Assembly (NCBI GenBank): GCA_006212005.1
Contig: SDAZ01000001.1
Coordinates: 1-42,742, forward strand
Length of the DNA: 42,742 bases
Direction: 5' to 3'
Origin: Sulfurovum sp.
GTDB lineage: Bacteria; Campylobacterota; Campylobacteria; Campylobacterales; Sulfurovaceae
A model generated the notes under the pieces. The model did no database searches. It had not been told where the DNA came from and saw nothing but the letters and a program-made list of their open reading frames with translations. Both the position numbers and the translations under genes were made by a program. Below are positions 38,801 through 42,742 of the stretch, one piece after another; within the stretch, counting starts at the first letter, position 1, and every line of letters starts with the position of its first letter.

Positions 38801-39694
38801 TTACGCTCCTACAATATTATAATTTTTCATTACACGCTCAATCGCTCTCAAATTTTCGCTACTTGGAGCAACAAGTGGTAGTTTATACTCAAGTGTATCG
38901 ATAAGTCCAGCGATATACATCGCAGCTTTTATAGGAATTGGATTGGACTCACAAAACAAAATCTTATTGATAGCATAAAGCTCTTCATTGAGTTTTTTAG
39001 CTTCATTTAATGCTCCATCAAGTGCCAAATGTACCATTTTAGCTTTTAAATCTGGTAAAAGATTTGAAGTTACAGAGGTAATTCCAACTCCACCACTTGC
39101 TAAAATCGGAAAATCTATCGCATCATCACCACTAAAGATGGCAAAATTTGGAATTTGAGATTGCAATGCCACTACCTTATCAAGCGAACCACTAGCTTCT
39201 TTGACACCAAAGATATTAGTACAATCCTTAAATAGTCTTTCCATCGTATCGACGCTTACATCTACACCTGTTCGAGAAGGTACATTATAGAGCATAAAAG
39301 GAACTTCGATAGATGAAGCTATGGCTTTGTAGTGTTGATAAATCCCCTCTTGAGAGGGCTTGTTATAGTAAGGGGTAACGGAAAAAATCGCATCTACGCC
39401 ACACTCTTGAGCGAACTTTGCCATTTCGATGGCTTCATTGGTAGAGTTACTTCCTGCACCTGCTAAAACTTTAGTCTTTGTACCCTTGCAAACTTCAACG
39501 GCTATCTCGATACATCTTTTATCTTCATCATAACTCAGCGTTGCACTCTCACCCGTTGTACCAACTGGACATACCGCATCTATGCCATTATCTATCTGTC
39601 TTTTTATCAATTTAGCGTAAGTTGCTTCATCAATTTTTCCATTTTTAAAAGGCGTAATCAACGCCGTCGTTGCTCCACTTATGGGGTATGTCAT
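38801..39694 (-). CDS. dapA: 4-hydroxy-tetrahydrodipicolinate synthase
   Basis: TALITPF, GTTGESATL, PYYNKP, LYNVPSRTG, KEASG and ESNPIPIK motifs. Confidence 0.97.
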   Translation of the reverse strand: MTYPISGATTALITPFKNGKIDEATYAKLIKRQIDNGIDAVCPVGTTGESATLSYDEDKRCIEIAVEVCKGTKTKVLAGAGSNSTNEAIEMAKFAQECGVDAIFSVTPYYNKPSQEGIYQHYKAIASSIEVPFMLYNVPSRTGVDVSVDTMERLFKDCTNIFGVKEASGSLDKVVALQSQIPNFAIFSGDDAIDFPILASGGVGITSVTSNLLPDLKAKMVHLALDGALNEAKKLNEELYAINKILFCESNPIPIKAAMYIAGLIDTLEYKLPLVAPSSENLRAIERVMKNYNIVGA

Positions 39695-41016
39695 TTATCA
39701 TTTCTCCTAAGAATAATCGTCGTTGAGTATCTGTCATCAAAATATTTTTTAGCCACAGAGCTAATTATTTGAGGTGTAATTTTATCCAAATTGGCTTCAT
39801 ATTTCTCTAAAGGTTCAATATTACCACGAATGAGGTAGCTACCATAAAGAGAGTTTATCGAAGCAGAAGATTGAAGTGAATAGATAAAATCGGATTTTGC
39901 ATTTATCTTCACTTTTTCTATCTCTTGCTTGGTAATTTTACCATTTTTAAGATTTTCTATCTCTTTTTTAAGTGCCTTTTCGAGCTGTTCAGCTTTAACT
40001 CCATCATTTGCCACACCAAAAAAGACAAACACACCATCATCTTTCAAATCCATATTGTAACCATAAATTTGATTTGCCAACTGTTTTTTATCGATGATGT
40101 TGCGATTTAAGATACTACTTTTTCCACTGCTCAAAAGTTCAGTTATCATGGAAAGTGCCACTTGGTCAACATGTTCATAGTTTGGAATCGTATAAGCGAT
40201 GGCTATCGTATCGGCTTTATTATTCTCTTTATAGATAATTTGTCGTATATTTCCATCTCTTGGAGGCTCTTTTGAGATATTTGTATCATCTATCTTAACA
40301 CTGTTTTTGATATGCTCAAAATATTTTTTTGCACCACTAAAAACCACTTCTGGTTCGATATCACCTGAAACGATAAGCATCGCATTATTTGGCTGATAGT
40401 ATTTTGCATGAAAGCTCTTTATATCTTCAATATCCCAAGATAAAATATCGTTCATAAATCCAATGGGTGTCCAGTGATAAGGATGAGCTGTAAAATGTGT
40501 GTTAAAAAGCCTAAAATAGAGATAACCAACAGGTGGATTATCGGTTCTTAAGCGTCTCTCTTCTGCTACAACGGCTCTTTCTGTTTGAAACTCTTCATCA
40601 TTTAAAGATAAATTTTCCATCAATTCAGCAAAAAGCTCCAAAGAGGTATCAAGATTTGAACTGCTAGATTTGATATAATAGTGTGTATAATCAAAACTTG
40701 TAGCTGCATTATTAACACCACCTTTTGAAGTCACTATCTTATCAAAATCCCCAGCTTTTAGATTTTTAGTAGATTTAAAGTGCATATGTTCGAGCATATG
40801 AGCGATTCCACTTTTACCCATAACCTCATTTCTGCTACCAACTCTATAAAAAACATCTGTTGTTATCACTTGAGAATTGTTTCTCATCGGAATTACAACA
40901 ATTTCCAATCCGTTTTCCAATTTTTTTGAATAATATTTTGGCAATGAAGAAGCCATACTCTCTCCTACTATAAATACCCATAAAATTATAAGTATAAAAA
41001 ATTTGCTTTTAAACAA
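39691..41016 (-). CDS. M16 family (pitrilysin-like) zinc protease
   Basis: Inverted zinc motif HMLEH, NAATSFDYT, EERR and YYQPNN motifs; signal-like N-terminus. Confidence 0.92.
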   Translation of the reverse strand: MFKSKFFILIILWVFIVGESMASSLPKYYSKKLENGLEIVVIPMRNNSQVITTDVFYRVGSRNEVMGKSGIAHMLEHMHFKSTKNLKAGDFDKIVTSKGGVNNAATSFDYTHYYIKSSSSNLDTSLELFAELMENLSLNDEEFQTERAVVAEERRLRTDNPPVGYLYFRLFNTHFTAHPYHWTPIGFMNDILSWDIEDIKSFHAKYYQPNNAMLIVSGDIEPEVVFSGAKKYFEHIKNSVKIDDTNISKEPPRDGNIRQIIYKENNKADTIAIAYTIPNYEHVDQVALSMITELLSSGKSSILNRNIIDKKQLANQIYGYNMDLKDDGVFVFFGVANDGVKAEQLEKALKKEIENLKNGKITKQEIEKVKINAKSDFIYSLQSSASINSLYGSYLIRGNIEPLEKYEANLDKITPQIISSVAKKYFDDRYSTTIILRRNDK

Positions 41017-41018
41017 GC

Positions 41019-42086
41019 CTAGCTCCTATAATCAGCTCCAACGGCTTGAGAGATGTTCGTATAACCATCTTTTTTGAGAAGTTTTATCAGTTCTTCATTT
41101 ATCTCTTTGAGCATAGAAGGTCCATTGTAGATAAGCATACTGTATATCTGAACCAATGACGCTCCTGCTTTAATGCGTCTATACACATCATCCGCACTCT
41201 CTATCCCACCAACGCTTATAAGCATCGTTTTATCGTGAAGTTGTGATGCTAAGGCTTTAAAAAATTCAAAAGATTTTTCTCTAAGCAATGCACCTGATAT
41301 CCCACCAAAATCTTTAGCATTAGAAGTCAAGCTATAATCAATTGTCGTATTGGTAGCGATAATCCCACTAGCACCAGAATTTATCGCACACAACGATATC
41401 TCTAACGCTCTTTCTTGTGTCATGTCTGGTGCAATCTTTAAGAAAATTGGTTTTGAAGTGATGCTTTTTGCCAATTCAAACACTGCTTTTATAAAATTTT
41501 CATTTTGTAAATCTCTAAGATTTGGAGTGTTTGGAGAAGAGATATTGATAACAATATAATCACCATAATCTTTAAAAGCTTTAATTAATGTTTCATAATC
41601 TTTTAGGGCATCAGCTTCACTTGTAAGCTTATTTTTACCTATATTTATCCCTATTGGATAATCAAAAAAGTAGAGTTTTTTGAGGCGTTTGAGCATATAA
41701 AGACTACCTTTATTGTTAAAACCCATAGCATTTTGAATCGAGCGTTGTTCAACCAAACGAAAAAGTCTAGGTTTCGGATTTCCTTTTTGAGCTTTAGGCG
41801 TGACTGTGCCTATCTCTGTAAATCCAAATCCTAAAGCTGGAGTTGAGGTTATATACTCACCATTTTTATCAAATCCTGCACCTAAACCAACTGGATTGTG
41901 AAAAGTTCTACCAAAAAAATCTTGTTTCAAAGATGGATATGATACAAAATATCTGTTTTTAATCATACGAAGACATAATGGGAAATGTCCCAAAATTCTC
42001 AACCCACATCCTGCGATAGTGTGTGCTGTCTCTGGTTGAAATTTAAAAAGTATATTCTTTGCTGTTTCATAATTTAAAAATGACAA
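41019..42086 (-). CDS. pyrD: Quinone-dependent dihydroorotate dehydrogenase (class 2)
   Basis: NPVGLGAGFDKN, GNPKPRLFRL, NIGKNK, NISSPNTP, KIAPD and GGISG motifs. Confidence 0.97.
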   Translation of the reverse strand: MSFLNYETAKNILFKFQPETAHTIAGCGLRILGHFPLCLRMIKNRYFVSYPSLKQDFFGRTFHNPVGLGAGFDKNGEYITSTPALGFGFTEIGTVTPKAQKGNPKPRLFRLVEQRSIQNAMGFNNKGSLYMLKRLKKLYFFDYPIGINIGKNKLTSEADALKDYETLIKAFKDYGDYIVINISSPNTPNLRDLQNENFIKAVFELAKSITSKPIFLKIAPDMTQERALEISLCAINSGASGIIATNTTIDYSLTSNAKDFGGISGALLREKSFEFFKALASQLHDKTMLISVGGIESADDVYRRIKAGASLVQIYSMLIYNGPSMLKEINEELIKLLKKDGYTNISQAVGADYRS

Positions 42087-42140
42087 AATAATTACCCCCT
42101 ATTTTTTTAACTGTTATTATAGTATAACATCTATTAGCTA

Positions 42141-42614
42141 TCAATAAAAATAGTGAAGTGAGAGGATAAGATTGTTCAATCCAGCACTATTTTTCCCATT
42201 TGTAACGAGATATCTATATCCAAAATCAATATCATATCTATCATTAAAAACATAATTTACCCCAAAATTACCACCATAAACCAATCCACTCTCAACGCCT
42301 TCTAATCTCGACCCCATGTATCCAAAAGCAAATCCCATGTAAGGTTTTAGTTGATAAGTTTTAAACGCCTCTTTAAAGATAGCTCTATCACTTTGAACGA
42401 TAAAAGCTTGATAATCTGCGGAAGCATTGAGGTTTAAACTTGTTCTCCATAAACCATTTTGTTGTCCATATTTTGCACCCAAAGATAGATTTGTTTTGCC
42501 ATCTATCATATCAATCGAGCTATTTATCCCCATAAATTGATAAAGTTTATCATTAGCATAGCTACCACTCATTAAAGCGATAATTATAAAATAAATTTTA
42601 AAAAATCTCTTCAT
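42141..42614 (-). CDS. Small outer-membrane beta-barrel protein
   Basis: Signal peptide, alternating beta-strands (PYMGFAFGY, IDFGYRY) and aromatic C-terminus HYFY. Confidence 0.75.
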   Translation of the reverse strand: MKRFFKIYFIIIALMSGSYANDKLYQFMGINSSIDMIDGKTNLSLGAKYGQQNGLWRTSLNLNASADYQAFIVQSDRAIFKEAFKTYQLKPYMGFAFGYMGSRLEGVESGLVYGGNFGVNYVFNDRYDIDFGYRYLVTNGKNSAGLNNLILSLHYFY

Positions 42615-42742
42615 AAAATTTTCTCCAAATTTTTAAAATAAAATATAAATTTAATGATTATATCTATTTTTGGCTTATTTTTTGTGAAAAAATATTATTT
42701 TATCAGCCCATCGGATACATGATATCGGCTTGAATTTTCTTA

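Noticed and set aside
825-41559. Many short ORFs (60-170 aa) in the ORF track overlapping long genes, e.g. 825-1055, 7195-7701, 10419-10775, 13064-13453, 16479-16937, 18111-18425, 31599-31909
   Set aside because: They are antisense or alternate-frame shadows of well-supported genes with no recognisable motifs
42703-42742. Possible 3' end of a minus-strand gene (...KKIQADIMYPMG*)
   Set aside because: Only 13 codons are visible, too little to support a call

Overview
AT-rich chromosomal window. Gene content, the pyrD-M16 protease-dapA-SDR order and the promoter style point to a Campylobacterota (epsilonproteobacterial, possibly Sulfurovum-like) genome; this is an inference. The left arm is housekeeping: a partial NAD-binding epimerase, glyS, moaD-moaE-moeA, lolA, an ABC-F ATPase, a methyltransferase, a DMT transporter and a MacAB-TolC-type cassette. 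The right arm is also housekeeping: hpf, an SDR, dapA, an M16 peptidase, pyrD and a small outer-membrane beta-barrel. Between them is a ~24 kb accessory surface-structure region (13.0-37.3 kb) with four parts. (i) A membrane-anchored Mrr-like nuclease and a 459-aa putative regulator. (ii) A 2404-aa RTX protein with three near-identical Ig-like repeats, a cadherin-like domain, an integrin-beta-like VWA domain and a lipase fold lacking its catalytic Ser. (iii) Its type I secretion system. (iv) Two paralogous large exported proteins with different N-terminal adhesive heads (VWA versus 3x Calx-beta plus propeller), a GEVED domain and a shared ~640-aa C-terminal module, followed by three type IV minor pilins (MshD/O/P-like). 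Part (iv) looks like a modular two-adhesin pilus-tip system and is the best candidate for an undescribed system. Two GTAG-type REP-like palindromes are also present. All family calls come from motif recognition by eye; no database search was run.
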